Positions 46,501 through 59,285 of a stretch of DNA of 64,000 nt are shown one piece after another (the stretch's first letter is position 1; every line of letters starts with the position of its first letter). Source of the DNA: Podarcis melisellensis. Taxonomy: Eukaryota. The notes beneath the pieces are model-generated. The model was not told where the DNA came from and did not search any database. It was given only the letters and a program-made list of their open reading frames with translations. The DNA lies in the NCBI GenBank assembly GCA_964234715.1, contig OZ174276.1. The stretch is one strand, 5' to 3'. The translations under genes and the position numbers were made by a program.

Positions 46501-48789
46501 TACCAATAACTATGGTGTTAAATGATTTATCCACATGGAGCTGCTAAATCAGTCAAGTTGAAGGGTGACCAAAGTGAACTTAAGATTGCAAGTTTTTTTT
46601 AGAAATTAGAGAGACGGCGAATTAATGAGCAAGTGTTTATGCTGAGCCTGGTTAATTAATGTCTGTTCTGAACAAACTGTTAAGATTTCAAAAGTGACTG
46701 CACTTTTGAAGTAGTACTTCCAGTACAAAAAGTACTTCTTTTGTAGTTTTCAAATGCCTGTTCTGATTTCTTGATAGCCCAGCTACAAAGGTTTCACTTT
46801 ATGCTTAAACTTACCTGATTATCCAGGTTCTATCAGTGCAAAAGCAGAATTAAAGCCAGTAATTTAGGCTTCACTGTCTGAGCATAAGTCTCACTGAACT
46901 CAATGGGACTAACTTCTAGTAGCTATGTATAGACTGCACTGTTAGATCCACACTTGAATACTAGGCTGCAATTTTACAGCAGATAATGACACCACATACT
47001 TTTCATATTCATTGGAGGAGGAAGGTACACAAGTTTGTTGTGTGTGTTCTTTTCATTTAGGTTAAGGCATTGCTTGGGAATGATTTTCTAAATGCTTACT
47101 TCCCTGAGCTGTAAACATTGGAGAAAACTGGCCCACAGATTAAAAGCAGGTCTACAGTATATGAAATTGAGGATTTATAGTTGGCACTGGCTCTAAAATT
47201 CTCTCATGGCCCCAATTTACAATCTACAAAGGTTACTTAGATATTTATTGAACTTTTACTTGAAGCAGTACATAGGAACATATTGGGCAGGATCCAGCCA
47301 AAGCCCCTTGGGTATGATCCAGCCACCATTCTCTTTGATTTCAGTTAGACAAGCATTTTCTTAAATCTTAGATATTTTCTAGTGAAACCAAGAGTTCTTA
47401 AAATGATTAACACTGGTTGGCTCTAGCATATTTTTCTTAAAGAAAAAAATTCAATTGTGCATTTCCCTTCATTGAGGAATTGCAATTCCTTAAACCATCA
47501 TAAGGAAAATCCCAGTAATCACAATTGCCCACTCTAGTGGCTAAGTTGTGAATGTTGTTCAATATACACAAACCCACACAAGTTTGCTGCAGAAAAAGGA
47601 GCCAAGCTACGGCTTGGCCCTGTATGCTTGCTAAACATTGCAAGATGTATTACACTGCAGTTAGGCAAATAGGACAAACACTATGGCCTATGGACAGATT
47701 GCTATCTGCCTGTCATTTGCAATGGATATCTGTCTCTGGATTCAAAGACTACTAGGGAGTATGCATCCTTGAAATTTAGGTGCCCTTTATATGATATGAC
47801 GGTAGCATGAGAGCCACTTACTCCTGGCTTTATGCCACATTCATGCTGCAACATTTAAGAGCCTGGCAGCACTTGAGTTAAGCATCATACAGGTCCTTCC
47901 CACCCAATCATCACCCTTTTACCTCACCTATGAAACAAGTACATTAGAAGAACCCATTGCTGCTGTGCTGGTTGCCCACATGGCCATGGGCTTTTAAAAG
48001 TTATAAAGGCTAAATACAATGCCATAATTGTAATGAATGAATGTGGTTCCTACATTGTACCCAGAATACAAGAAGGACACCTTACCAAGTAAACATGCAT
48101 ACCCTGAGCTGTCAGTACTTAAAGAAAAACATATAAAAGCATAAATCAGAAAACGAACTAGGTTTAAATAAATTGTAAGTTTTCCTATATCAGCAAATGT
48201 GCATATGCCAGTTTAGGATATGCACTATTACACCAGTACTATTACACTATTACACTGTTACCGCACCAAAGGCTATTGCTTGTGGTGTGGGAATATTATT
48301 TCTATCAGAGTTTTTTGTACTAGCACTAGTACCTGATCCTAAAAAGATAATGTAATATATGGGAGGTAGACAAAGTGCTGCCCTACAGGTATTGATGGAT
48401 TATGAGCTCCATCATCTCTGATCACTGGTTGTGCTTGCTGGTACTCAAGTGGAGGTGCATCAATGTCTGGAGGGCAACAGATTGGCACAATGACACCTGC
48501 ATGATGTTACGCCAGCAGGAAAGATCAACACCCCAGCCAGTTAAAATCAGAGTTCATGGCCATCATGACATGCTAGTCAAAACAGAGTCAACAACCTTTG
48601 GCCAGCCAATCCAGGATTTTGTATATACTCTGAATCGGATTGCAAACTACAGTGAAATTAATAGGTCAATTTATCATCAAAAGTACTAGAATTAAACCAA
48701 GACAAGTTCAGAATACATAATAATGGGATTTATCTATTCGTTACACACCCATTCTATGAGCCCATTCTGCTGCTGACACTCTTTGGTGA

Positions 48790-50043
48790 TACTGGTGATA
48801 TAGATCTTGCTTCAGTCAAAAACCAAGACGGCCTTGGCTGCTGATTTATGCTGAGAAAAGGGACAGGGGATTGTGACCCAGGATCTCTTGGTGGATTTTG
48901 CAACCATCTGGAATCCAGTATCCAACTGACAGGCTCTCTCCATTGGAGGTTGGATGCACTGTACTATACTTCAGTGGTTCCACTCCTACTTTGATGATCA
49001 GTTCCAGAAGGTGGCATTTGCATTATGGGGCCCTGTGGTATTTACACAATGGGGTCCCCATGTTTCCATCTTGCCTTCTATTTTCCTAAATACATACATG
49101 AACATAGCAACACCATTCAGGGATTTAAGAGTGAGGTGCTGCCAGCAAACTGATGTCACTGAGCTCCACTTCCAGACGAAGCAATGGAGATGCTGAATTG
49201 GTATGGATCATTCACTGGCTCCAGACAAGAAAGAGGTGAATGGTTTGTCTGAGCACAGAAGTGCTGTTGAACCAGTTCTGGGTGGAGTTTCATTCCCTCT
49301 AAGGAATCACGTTCATAGTTTGGAAGCAATCATCCAACACTATCTCTGGAAGCCTAAGTGTCACCTGTGGCATACAGTGTTCCCAGCTAAGGATGATGTG
49401 CTAGTTGCAACTCCTCAACAGAGGTAGCACGGCCACATTTATGCCCTAGTAACCTCCAGTTTATACTACTACAGTGCATTACAAAGGCTTCTGAAGATTT
49501 CTCAAAAATTTCAGCTAGTTCAAAATTCAGTTGCTTCAGTACTTACTGTGATTGGCCTTATGGAACATATCACTTCTCTTAACTGCCTCTGCTTTGGACA
49601 CAATTCAAACTGCTGATGGCCACCTTGAAACCCTTAGATGGCCAATGATCCTGGGTCCATAAAGGGTCACCTTTTCCCACAAAAGTCTGCCCAAATGTTA
49701 TTACCACTAGAGATCATTTTAAGAGATCCTCCCTGTGTCACTTAAGTTAGGTGTGAGCAGAGAGAGGGCTTTCTTTCTTGTGGCACTACATATGTCGAAT
49801 GTCCTCCCCAGACTGATGTATTCTGCTACCTGTTGAATACAGTTTTTATTATTTTAATACATGTCCAGTGTAGATTGCTTTAAGTGACATATTGTTGGTT
49901 CTACTGGTTATTAATATGCACTATTATACTTCTGTTGATTTGATTTTCTGATTTTTTAAAACTGAGCTTTATTGTATTAGGTATTTTCTTCCAGCTCTTT
50001 TTACCTGAAGGCTAGTATATAAATATTTTTAATTAAAATAAAG
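48790..50043 (+). mobile_element. Degenerate L2-like LINE (RT region to 3' tail)
   Basis: Frameshifted remnants (WFHSYFDDQFQKVA, ggggtcccca for GVPQG) and an A-rich tail near 50040. Confidence 0.65.
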
Positions 50044-53000
50044 AAATTTGAGGGCAAGGAAACAAAAATGGTGATCCTCTCCAGTTATCACTCTGCAGGG
50101 CAAGACCATCCAAAGATCAGGTGTTTAGGTGGACAAAGGAAGACTTCCTCAAGCTAGTGCCCTACAGATGTTTTGGATTACAATTTCCATCAACCCCAGC
50201 CAGCATAGTCAGTGGTCAGGGATGAGGGGAGCTCTAGTCTAAAATGTCTGGCAGGCACCAGGTTGGGGAAGCCTGATCTAGCTCAGCTCAGGTTCTGGTA
50301 GGAGGGATGGGAATACTGGTCATGCCCCATGACCCTGAGCAGATAAGATGAAGCAAGCTGATTCTACATTCCTAGAACTTAACTAAGGAATGCACAGTAT
50401 TTAAAGATGAGTTGTGTTCTTAGTTATTAGAGGGAATCTCTGTGTTAGCTGGTTCATACATGCATGTTCATCACTTGATGACTTGTGGTTATTGTGTGAA
50501 CTGTGTCCACCAGAAAAGCATGGCATTTGATACGAGGTGAAGTAAGACAATATGGAGGTTTTGTTCCTGGTCATTGACATCTATTTTCCACACACGTCAT
50601 CTCTTCATTTTGGAACCTCATCAAAGTGATAAACTTGCATGTGTAAATCTGCGATGGACTGAACCAGGGCCTAAGTAAGTTATACAAGAAAATTCGGTCA
50701 TTACTGCAGGTTTAAAATAATATTACATAGTTTTATATTATGAATACCTGTTGTTAAAGTCTTCCCCATAAACTATCAAAGAGCCAAAAAGCATATACAA
50801 GTGAAATAAAAAGCAGTATTAGGACCCATTTATTTGACAAATCACCCTGCAGTCAAATGAGGATTTTCAGCGTATCCTGCATGAAAAGAAGCTGCAATTC
50901 CTTTACAAACATTTTTGCAGCACATGACTGGTAATGACAGTAAAATCTTGTATCTTGTCAATATCTTGGATTTGATTATTATCGCATATATCAAAAAAGC
51001 AGCTTCTATCTTTTAACAGGTTTCTTTTTTTTAATGAAACAGATTAACTTGAACATTATAAACTATTGTTTTCCATCTGTGAAAAGCACAAACTGGTGAT
51101 CTATATGTAAATAAACTATGACATGAATGTAAACTTTAAAAGTAATAATACTATTTTTGCATGAAATCTGACAAAGAGATGTACTGGTTCTCACAGAAAA
51201 CTATGGAAATATTTCATCTAGGGATTATTAGTACAATAGACGGAACATTGTTTTCTTTTAAAGTAAACAAGCTTTTGCTAAAACAGAATTTTTCTTGCTT
51301 TGTAGAATTTACCAAAATGAAAGCTGGAAGCTTGGATGCTTTAGAACTAATGCTACCCAAGCACTAGTGAGATTCAATCTGCAATCTTATATACGTTTGC
51401 CTGGGAGTAAGCCCTGCTGAAAATAAGTGGAGCAGTTTTATGTAGAATTACAAATTTGGCCTGATAATGGCCCAAATGAGGTCTGCACGCAATGAATCAG
51501 GGTTAGATACGTTAGGAAAAATCCTCCCTCCCGCCACTGAACTAGAATGCCTACTCTTTCTGCTGCTACTGGGGAGTTTTTCCTGACTACTGTTTTCCCC
51601 ATAAGAGTTTCTATGCCACAGAAGTATTTATGTGAAATCTATCTCTTTGTCCTTAAGAGTACACTGATTAACAGGGACAAAGGAATGAATGTCTTATGAA
51701 TTTAATTTTTTGCCCATCAAAGCCTCCCCACGCCCTTAATACCACTATGGCAGGAGGTGTTGTAAGTTATATGATTGAGCTCTATTTTCAAATCAAATTG
51801 CCAACTGCCTTGTTCATTTCATCTCCTTTGGCTTGAATGTGTAGCAGAATGGGCTGGTGTTTTAACTCCAAAAATGCCAGAGGAAAGAGGCATTATAGAG
51901 GCATATGTAGTAGGCATGGCGGTAGGGTGGCCAGGTAATGGTGACTGGTGAGGTTACACACTACTACAACACTCATTCCACTCTAGGCAAGGCACTACAT
52001 CCATGAACTTTGATCTTAAAAGGACTGCACTAACTGCAATGAAAGCTCCCAAAATAGCTACAATCACTTTTTTAAAAAGCAAAAGAAAAGCGGGACAGCA
52101 GTTAGAAAAAGATGGAAGTAAATGGCTGGGGAGATTTACCTGAAATCTTGCAAATACTGTAAAGTGAGTAAGCAAATGGCTTTTACTATAGAGAAAATGA
52201 CTAGTGTGGAAGTATGTACTTATTATTATCACTGCAGGTTAATGAGAACCACCACCTCCATACCACCAAAGTACTAGTATTGATAGCTTGATGACCTGAA
52301 ATGGAGAGGGAGCATTGCCAAGTGGGGCGCTGAGCATATTCATTCTGCTTTCCTATTTATAGCAGCATCCCTAAGTTCTGCAGAAGTAGTCAATGTTTTT
52401 TTTATTTTTAAAAAAAAGAAGTTCTGATACTTACATTGATAAAAAGTGCTGTGGGTGGCAGCACAAAATGGCTGCCATGGACAACCAAAAAAGAGGTGAT
52501 GGTACTCTGTACCAGAGAGTACAGAGAGAGAGTACAAAATTATTGCAAGTAGTGAAACTAAGTAGACCAATAGCTCCTGCCAAAATCCTATCTTAAGTTC
52601 CAAAAGTTATCCTGGTGTGGGGGAAGCAGATAATCACTGAAGGTTGATCCCTTATGCAATAACACTAAATTAGCCAGAAAGCGCTGTACTAAATGCAAAT
52701 TCACTAAGATGGCAGTCTCTGTAAGCAAAAGGTGGCTGCATGTTTAGGCATCAGCAGTCACTAGGAAAGTCAAGACTAAGTACCTGAACTCAAGTCTGCA
52801 ATTCTTCTGCTTTGTGTGTGTGAGCGCGTGTATGTGTTTTAAGGCCAACAGCTTCAATAACTTGCAAAAAGCCAATCTGGACCTCTGTAGTAAGATGTAC
52901 ATATTTATTTCAATGGGATTTGCTTACAAGTAGGTTTTGGGCTTCTTAAAAAGTAGGGGCAGGGGGAGGTCAATTAGCATTACCTGTGCACTTACCTGGA

Positions 53001-54177
53001 AGTATTGCATAGGATTGCACAGTTAAGACTGTGAACCTGATAGATGATGAAGTTAAGCAATAAATAGTCTGTTTTCAGGGTGTCCAGTTGTAAGGGATAA
53101 CAAAATTCTTGTAACTTTAGCACTTTTGAAAAAAAAAGAGAGAAAGACAGTAATTTAAGCAAGTGCAGCTTTCCTTGATGCTGCATGATGAGTTGCATCT
53201 GCCAAAAATGTAAATCCCAGCAGCCATGGGGAATCGGTAGCTGTCCAGATGTTACCTTATGCCATCCCTGACCATTGGTTGCGCTTGTTGGGTCTTATGG
53301 GAGTTGGGAGACCAACAAGCTATGGAGGGCCTACATTTTTCCCCATCCCTGTGTTAAAATGTGCAGGAGCTCAGCACTCTTTCACATTTGGTCACACTAA
53401 AGGACTTGCAGCAAAAGCAGTTCATGATCAGGGAAGAAAACAAAGAAACAAAAAAGACCCCAACAAACACCAGCCACAATTGTTCCCAATTAGGATTTTT
53501 CTGTGAGACAACAGCACTTCTATAAAAACCTTACCCTATCTATCATACCGCAATAGAACAACATGCCTGCATTCAAATAAGAGTAAAACATTGCAAGTCA
53601 AACAGCCATTTCCCCTAAATATACTGCTTATTCTATTTTCAACTAAAGAAAAATGAAGAGATTAAAATGCAAGGACTTATTTGTTTAAGAACAATTGTAA
53701 TTAAATATTCTATCCTCCCTAGTTTTGGTATATCCGCATGTATACTTAAAATACAAAGAAGCAAATGTGGGATTTTTGTTTTGTAAAGAACTGAAAGACT
53801 GTCAGGTTTCTCAAATTTGTTAATATTCCTCTTGACTGACAAATAAAATATTTTATACAAAAATTGTTTTATTCTAGTATTTTGTCTGTGTGGTCAGTAA
53901 CTAGTCATTCAGAAATGAGTGCCTATACCTATACTATATTATGCTTGTTTTCTTTTCTTTTTTTTAACAACCAAAGAAACACTGCATTCTGAGGTCCATT
54001 TCAGAAATCTATGCTTTCTGACTTCAATGTCTTTGCAGATAAAGAGGAACCTGTCTGCAATCGCTTGAGTTTATTCTCGTTATGAAACTGGCAGTAACAA
54101 CAGAAGAAAATGTATGAGCTTGTTTAACATGAATGGATGGGAATGTATAGTATTTTTTCAGACAATGTGTTTAAAAG

Positions 54178-54183
54178 AATAAA
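54178..54183 (+). terminator. Candidate distal poly(A) signal for ACSL6 (others at 44223, 50805, 51110)
   Basis: AATAAA after an AU-rich, TGTA-containing stretch and before a GT-rich tract; usage unknown. Confidence 0.3.
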
Positions 54184-55156
54184 GTCAATAGAATTATTCA
54201 GCTTATTTTCCCACTCTGTGTATTAATGTAGTCTTCAACTGATCCCCTTTTTATATATTTCCCCCCTCATGGTTTAACACAAATGGACAAGAGGCTCACA
54301 ATTTTCAGTTGTTCAAAGTCAAAACAGCCTCGTATGCTGTAACTTTAGCAGAGCAAGAGAAACAGATGCTCAAACAGGTGTGGGGGCACTCAAGGACTGA
54401 GAGGAAAATTCACGCAAAATCTATCACCGCTATATATAATTCAATTTTATTAGGTGTGCTTTATGCTGGTGGATCCTGTTCCGTAAACTGAGAGTTAAGT
54501 TTGGAACTCTCACATTGCACTGCTCTTCTAGGGCTTCCCCATCTTAGAAAACGGGTAGCGAATTGAATTAAATTAATTAAATTAAATTAATTGAATTTAT
54601 TGAATGTTTGAACACTTCCTCTGTAACAACAAACAACAACATCTGTCTGTGGGATGCCCTGATTTGCACAAGAACCTTTGAGGGGGGCAGGAGATGGGGG
54701 AGAATTCCAACATGCAATAGCTCACATGGATTCTGAAGTAGTACCATTCCAAGAGCTTGGGACCTCATGACTCATAATCACAGAGACAAGGAAATACCGT
54801 ACATCTAATAATACCATTGGTCTGTTTAGCTGAGAATTGTCTATAACTGGCAGTGGGTCTCCATGGTTTCAGATAAGAGTCTTTCTAAGCCCCACCTGAA
54901 GTGGCTAAGGATGGAGTCTGTGACCTTCTGTATGCACCATAAATTCTCCATCTATTTAGCTACAGCATCTTCCCCTGAAGGAATTCAGTAAAGAACAATT
55001 GTATGCCAGCCCTAGTATATTTAGAGTCACTAGCTTGAATACTGGAAAGATGTCATTTCCTCATCAGGATTACCAAATTTGAAACACATAGAGGAATTAT
55101 TGTCAACACCAGTTCACAGTGCCACCTACTGAACAACAACATGGCTGTGCATATAC

Positions 55157-55159
<3 letters not shown>

Positions 55160-55191
<32 letters not shown>
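55160..55191. repeat. (TG)n microsatellite followed by a CA-rich tract
   Basis: Direct reading. Confidence 0.95.
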
Positions 55192-55192
<1 letters not shown>

Positions 55193-55626
55193 ACGCACTC
55201 ACACACACACACGTACACCCCCATGTCTCCAGCTTAATTCAACATACAATTCACATTTCACATTTTAATTATTCTTTAGGTTTTCCCCTCAAACTCAGCT
55301 TAGTATTTCATGCCAGTTTGGTGTTTGCAAATAGCAAACATACCGCTTTCATCAACACCTATTCACATAGCATTTGATAGACTGTATGTACGCAAAAACA
55401 CTATGCCTCTATTAATAAACTCATTACAACTAATGATTAATCTGTTAGCAAAACCACAATAAAAAGTACAGTAAAGGTTTGCCCATGTTGTTCCAAATTG
55501 GTCAGCACTACTAATCAAGACTGTGCTATTATATTACTCCCTTAATCATATGAGAATTTCTGCGCAGAATAGCTTGATATTGGGGATGTACCGCTGCCAG
55601 TCTGAGGTTCTTTTGCCAGTGCAATA

Positions 55627-55800
55627 CCATATTTACTCGATTCTAATGCGCCATCAAATCTAATGTGCACCTTAATTTTCAGACCCTTGAAACCAAAAAA
55701 AGTATTTGCTGGCAAATGTAAAGGTGCCATCAAATCTAACTTTAATTTTCGCAGCGTAATTTAGCCAAAAAAGGTGAGCATTAGATTTGAGTAAATACGG
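55627..55800. mobile_element. Tc1/mariner-type MITE
   Basis: TA|CCATATTTACTCGATTCTAATGC...GCATTAGATTTGAGTAAATACGG|TA: inverted termini with TA target-site duplication. Confidence 0.85.
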
Positions 55801-56079
55801 TATTTGATATTTGCTGGGATGGGCATGTATGTTGCCATGGGCAACCTCCAAGGACTCTGACTCTTCCTGGTTCTTTTATTTGCATGGGACTAATTATTTC
55901 TTGGTCCCAACAAATGCCCTTGTGAAGAAACTACTACTAGGCAAACAGCACCCCCTTTCCCCAAAACAAGCAAAACACACTCAGACAAAACCATACACAT
56001 CAAACCACACACAGTAGGCCAAGCACAATGCCTGTCCAATAATCTAAAACATAAAGGAAAGCACACACAACCTTACCAT

Positions 56080-56580
56080 GCAGTGACAGTTTTCTTTTTT
56101 ACTAGTGACAGTTCTCTCCTTCTAAAAAATAGTATTAGTGTTTTTCTCTTATCCCTCCCAAATTTAAGACGGTTTAGCTGGGAGGCAAAGCTAACTCGTG
56201 GCCTCCACCTGCCCCACCCTCTTCCTTTCCTAATAAATTTGGGAATAATCCTAGAGGTATTCTGGGAAGAAGAAAGGAAAATGGCCGAACGGTTGAAAGC
56301 TGACTTATGCCTCCTACAGGTAAAAATAGAAGGGGCTCGAGGCCTGCAGGGGACCCCAGACTTAAACTATTTATCAACACTGGTGCAGGTATGGATCAGG
56401 TCCTGTGACCTGCGTTTTGGTTTGACTCCTTTATTTCTGCCACGCCAGAAGCCTCAGGACCTCCTGGCTCTTTGCTGCCATTTGTGTTCTCTCAGAATGG
56501 GGCTGAATTTGAAACCTGAGGCAGTTCTCAGTAGGGGAAGGGGAATACCCTGAGGCGAGACAGCTGCCTCCTCTCAGTTG
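56080..56580 (+). promoter_or_regulatory. Candidate promoter or first exon region of the MEIKIN-like gene
   Basis: Non-repetitive, locally CpG-enriched; MYB-type site AACGGTTG (56288-56295); donors CAG|GTAAAA (56319) and CAG|GTATGG (56388). Confidence 0.35.
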
Positions 56581-57528
56581 CTCAGGCAGTATTTGTATTA
56601 TTTAATCCAAACGTTTCATTTTCTTTTCGCTTGGTTGCATGATCTTTTGCCCATAGCACTGCAGGCAGTCACAGTTAAAGGCATATCCACGCTGAAACAA
56701 AAAGTGGGTTTGGAGGTAGCTTGCAGCCTGAGGAACCTTGGGAAGTGTAGTTCTGTGAGGGAAGCAGGGCTGCTTGCCTGACAGAAAATAGTCAGCACCT
56801 TCAAAAAGTTATAATTCACAGAGTGGGCAGGGAACAGTAGCAACAGTTGACAGTGATTTTTAGGTATGTGTTGCAGAAAGGGTATAAGTGTGGTGAGTAG
56901 GAGGTGGTAACATTCAGCAACAAAATCCTATCATAACTAGATTTAAACCAGCTTAATAGTCAAACGATAGTTTGAGGGATGGAAATGCTTGGGATCTTTA
57001 ACCAATAACTCAGTCTTGTTTACTAATCTACAGCTCCCAGGATTCTTTGTGGATTCATGGGAGAGAAAACTGCCAAAGGTTTATATAGTAATTTGAGTGT
57101 AGGGTGTTTGGCGCTTGAAATTATATTCTAGCCAATGTTTGTTTTTTGAAGTGTGTGTGTGTGTTTAATTTGGTGGGGGGATATTTGGGTTTAGAATTGA
57201 ACATACTCTCTGGCACACTGCGCTCCAGTGAAAACATTTCTGTTCTGTGGGGCTGACAGCCCCTTTATACAGTGAGTTAATATAGGATAATATGGGGGTA
57301 AATATGGATTTGTTTAATCCTTCAGGGAGTAAACCACAAGAGCTTAAAGAAGTTTCAAGAAAGCCAGCAATCCACCAATAAGACTCTTCCCTTCCCTAAA
57401 TGTCATGGTTTTGGTTTTTCCTGGCATCTATGCTTGGATTATATTTTACTTGTCAGAATCTCTTTTCTTAGTATTGCCTCTTACCGCTTTGTAGGCAGCA
57501 TTGCTGTGAGGAAAAGCAAATAAAGAGG

Positions 57529-57631
57529 ATGGACTGGGTGAAATTGCGTTCCTATTCCCGGAAGAGGCGGGCTCAACAGAATGTCCATTGTGCATCTCCT
57601 ATCCCAGCTGCGGCAGCATCTGCTGCTGTAG
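57529..57631 (+). CDS. MEIKIN: MEIKIN-like coding exon A (exon probably starts at 57495; alternative phase-1 donor at 57712)
   Basis: MDWVKLRSYSRKRRAQQNVHCASPIPAAAASAAV vs recalled human MWPLRVYTRKKREGQR; acceptor tttgtag|57495; donor GTAG|gtgaaa; syntenic position downstream of ACSL6. Confidence 0.75.
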
Positions 57632-59138
57632 GTGAAAGGAATACTAAAGCCAAAGGGAGTCGGCTGCGCCTAGATCTGCTTTCTGGACCTCGGCAGGAAC
57701 CTCATGTCAGAAGTAATCATTCATGCAACTACCTTGTCCTTCCCCATCACATTCCTGTTTGTCTGGATTAATTACAATATTTGTTGTGTCTTTGCGTAGT
57801 GGCACAAAGGCCCTAACTACTCTACTGTGTACTGTCTAAAAATGTGTAGAATGTACTCTTAATGTAGTCACTTTATGTACTCTTAATGTAGTCACTCTTA
57901 ATGGAAACACTTTATTGGTGAAATTGGTAGTGGGGAAGAGGGTGAGGTGTTTGTGAATGTGTTGGGGGCTTATCTCACCTGCTATGTCTTGATGAGTATT
58001 GTAGAAAGCTGCTTGGCCTGCTAAATGCATTACATGGGACACAGAGATGGGGCTTATTGCTTTCCTCAGTTTGGTTTGTATTCATAGTTTTTGTCACAGT
58101 TGCTCAGACCCTGACAACACTGAGCTCATTACTCCAGTATGTGCTCCTTCTGCAACACTGAATGTCAACAGTGAACTCGGTCCTGATGTCAGTCTTTACC
58201 ATCCCAGCTAAAAATCACCAGCTGCAAATACAAATCAACTGTCCCCAGGGCACACAAGGATGAATCCTACCCTTTGAGCCACCTCACAGTGGAATCCTGT
58301 CTTAGGATGCAAGCACCATTGAACCTAGTGAAACTTACTTCTCGGTAAACAGGCATAAGATTGGGTCTTGAGCCAGTTGCTGTTTTGCTTTTTCCAAGGT
58401 TCTCACTGTTTTTGAAAGCAACACTCCTATCACCTGGTGTTTTTCCAAGCTGTTGAATCCCCACCCTCTCAGGCCACTTTCTAAATACATACCGTACATA
58501 CGGACTTTATGCAAACAGAACACTGATGTTGCCATTCAAGAGTGGTGGTTCATCCAAGTCTCCTATTTTGGAAATTTTTGATGGTGTTCACAGTTATTTC
58601 CCCCACACCTGCAATGGTTAGAAACAGCCATTTTTATAAATTGTGTGTGGGTGCCACTGACAACAACACCTGTTCTCATCTGTCGCCAAAATAATTTGCC
58701 CCTCTTGAAATGCAAAGAGCAGGTGGTAAATCTGAATATAGTTATGCACACTTAAGTCAGTGGTGGACTTTGGTCTTTCAGATTTCAGTGTCGCCTTGTG
58801 GGCAGCCAAAATTCAGCACCCCCCTTCCTCTCACCACCTGTTTGGCTCAATTCAGTACATCATAGTTGTGGTTCCCCCTATTGCGGTAGAACCAGTCATG
58901 CTGCCCTAAATCCACCTCTGCTTAAATCCTGTTGTTCCCAGGGGGATTTGCAGATTATTCTCAAATATTTTTGAAGTAAAGTGTTGCTTCATTGTGACAT
59001 AGCCCTCAGTCACATGACAAAAAGATCCTTGTTAGGGGGAGGAGGATAAAGACCAAGTATGGCTGCAGTCTTACCATATGGAGTATTTACCTGTGTGAAG
59101 AATAGGTGGAAATGTAACCTGTTGATGATTATTCTACC

Positions 59139-59285
59139 CAGTGCTTTTTTCTTGGGGGACGCAGGGGGACGCATACCCCTAAACATTTTGTGAATCTAGG
59201 TTTAGCCTCATTGAGGGGCAGTATTTCAATATGAGTAGGAAAATGAGAGCACCCCTAAACTTTTTTTTAAAGAAAAAAAGCACTG
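59139..59285. mobile_element. hAT MITE with perfect 8-bp target-site duplication
   Basis: CAGTGCTTTTTT...AAAAAAAGCACTG; ATTCTACC at 59131-59138 and 59286-59293. Confidence 0.9.

Noticed and set aside
56083-56553. 156-aa ORF as an independent gene
   Set aside because: GTG start and no recognisable family; better read as a promoter or 5' exon region
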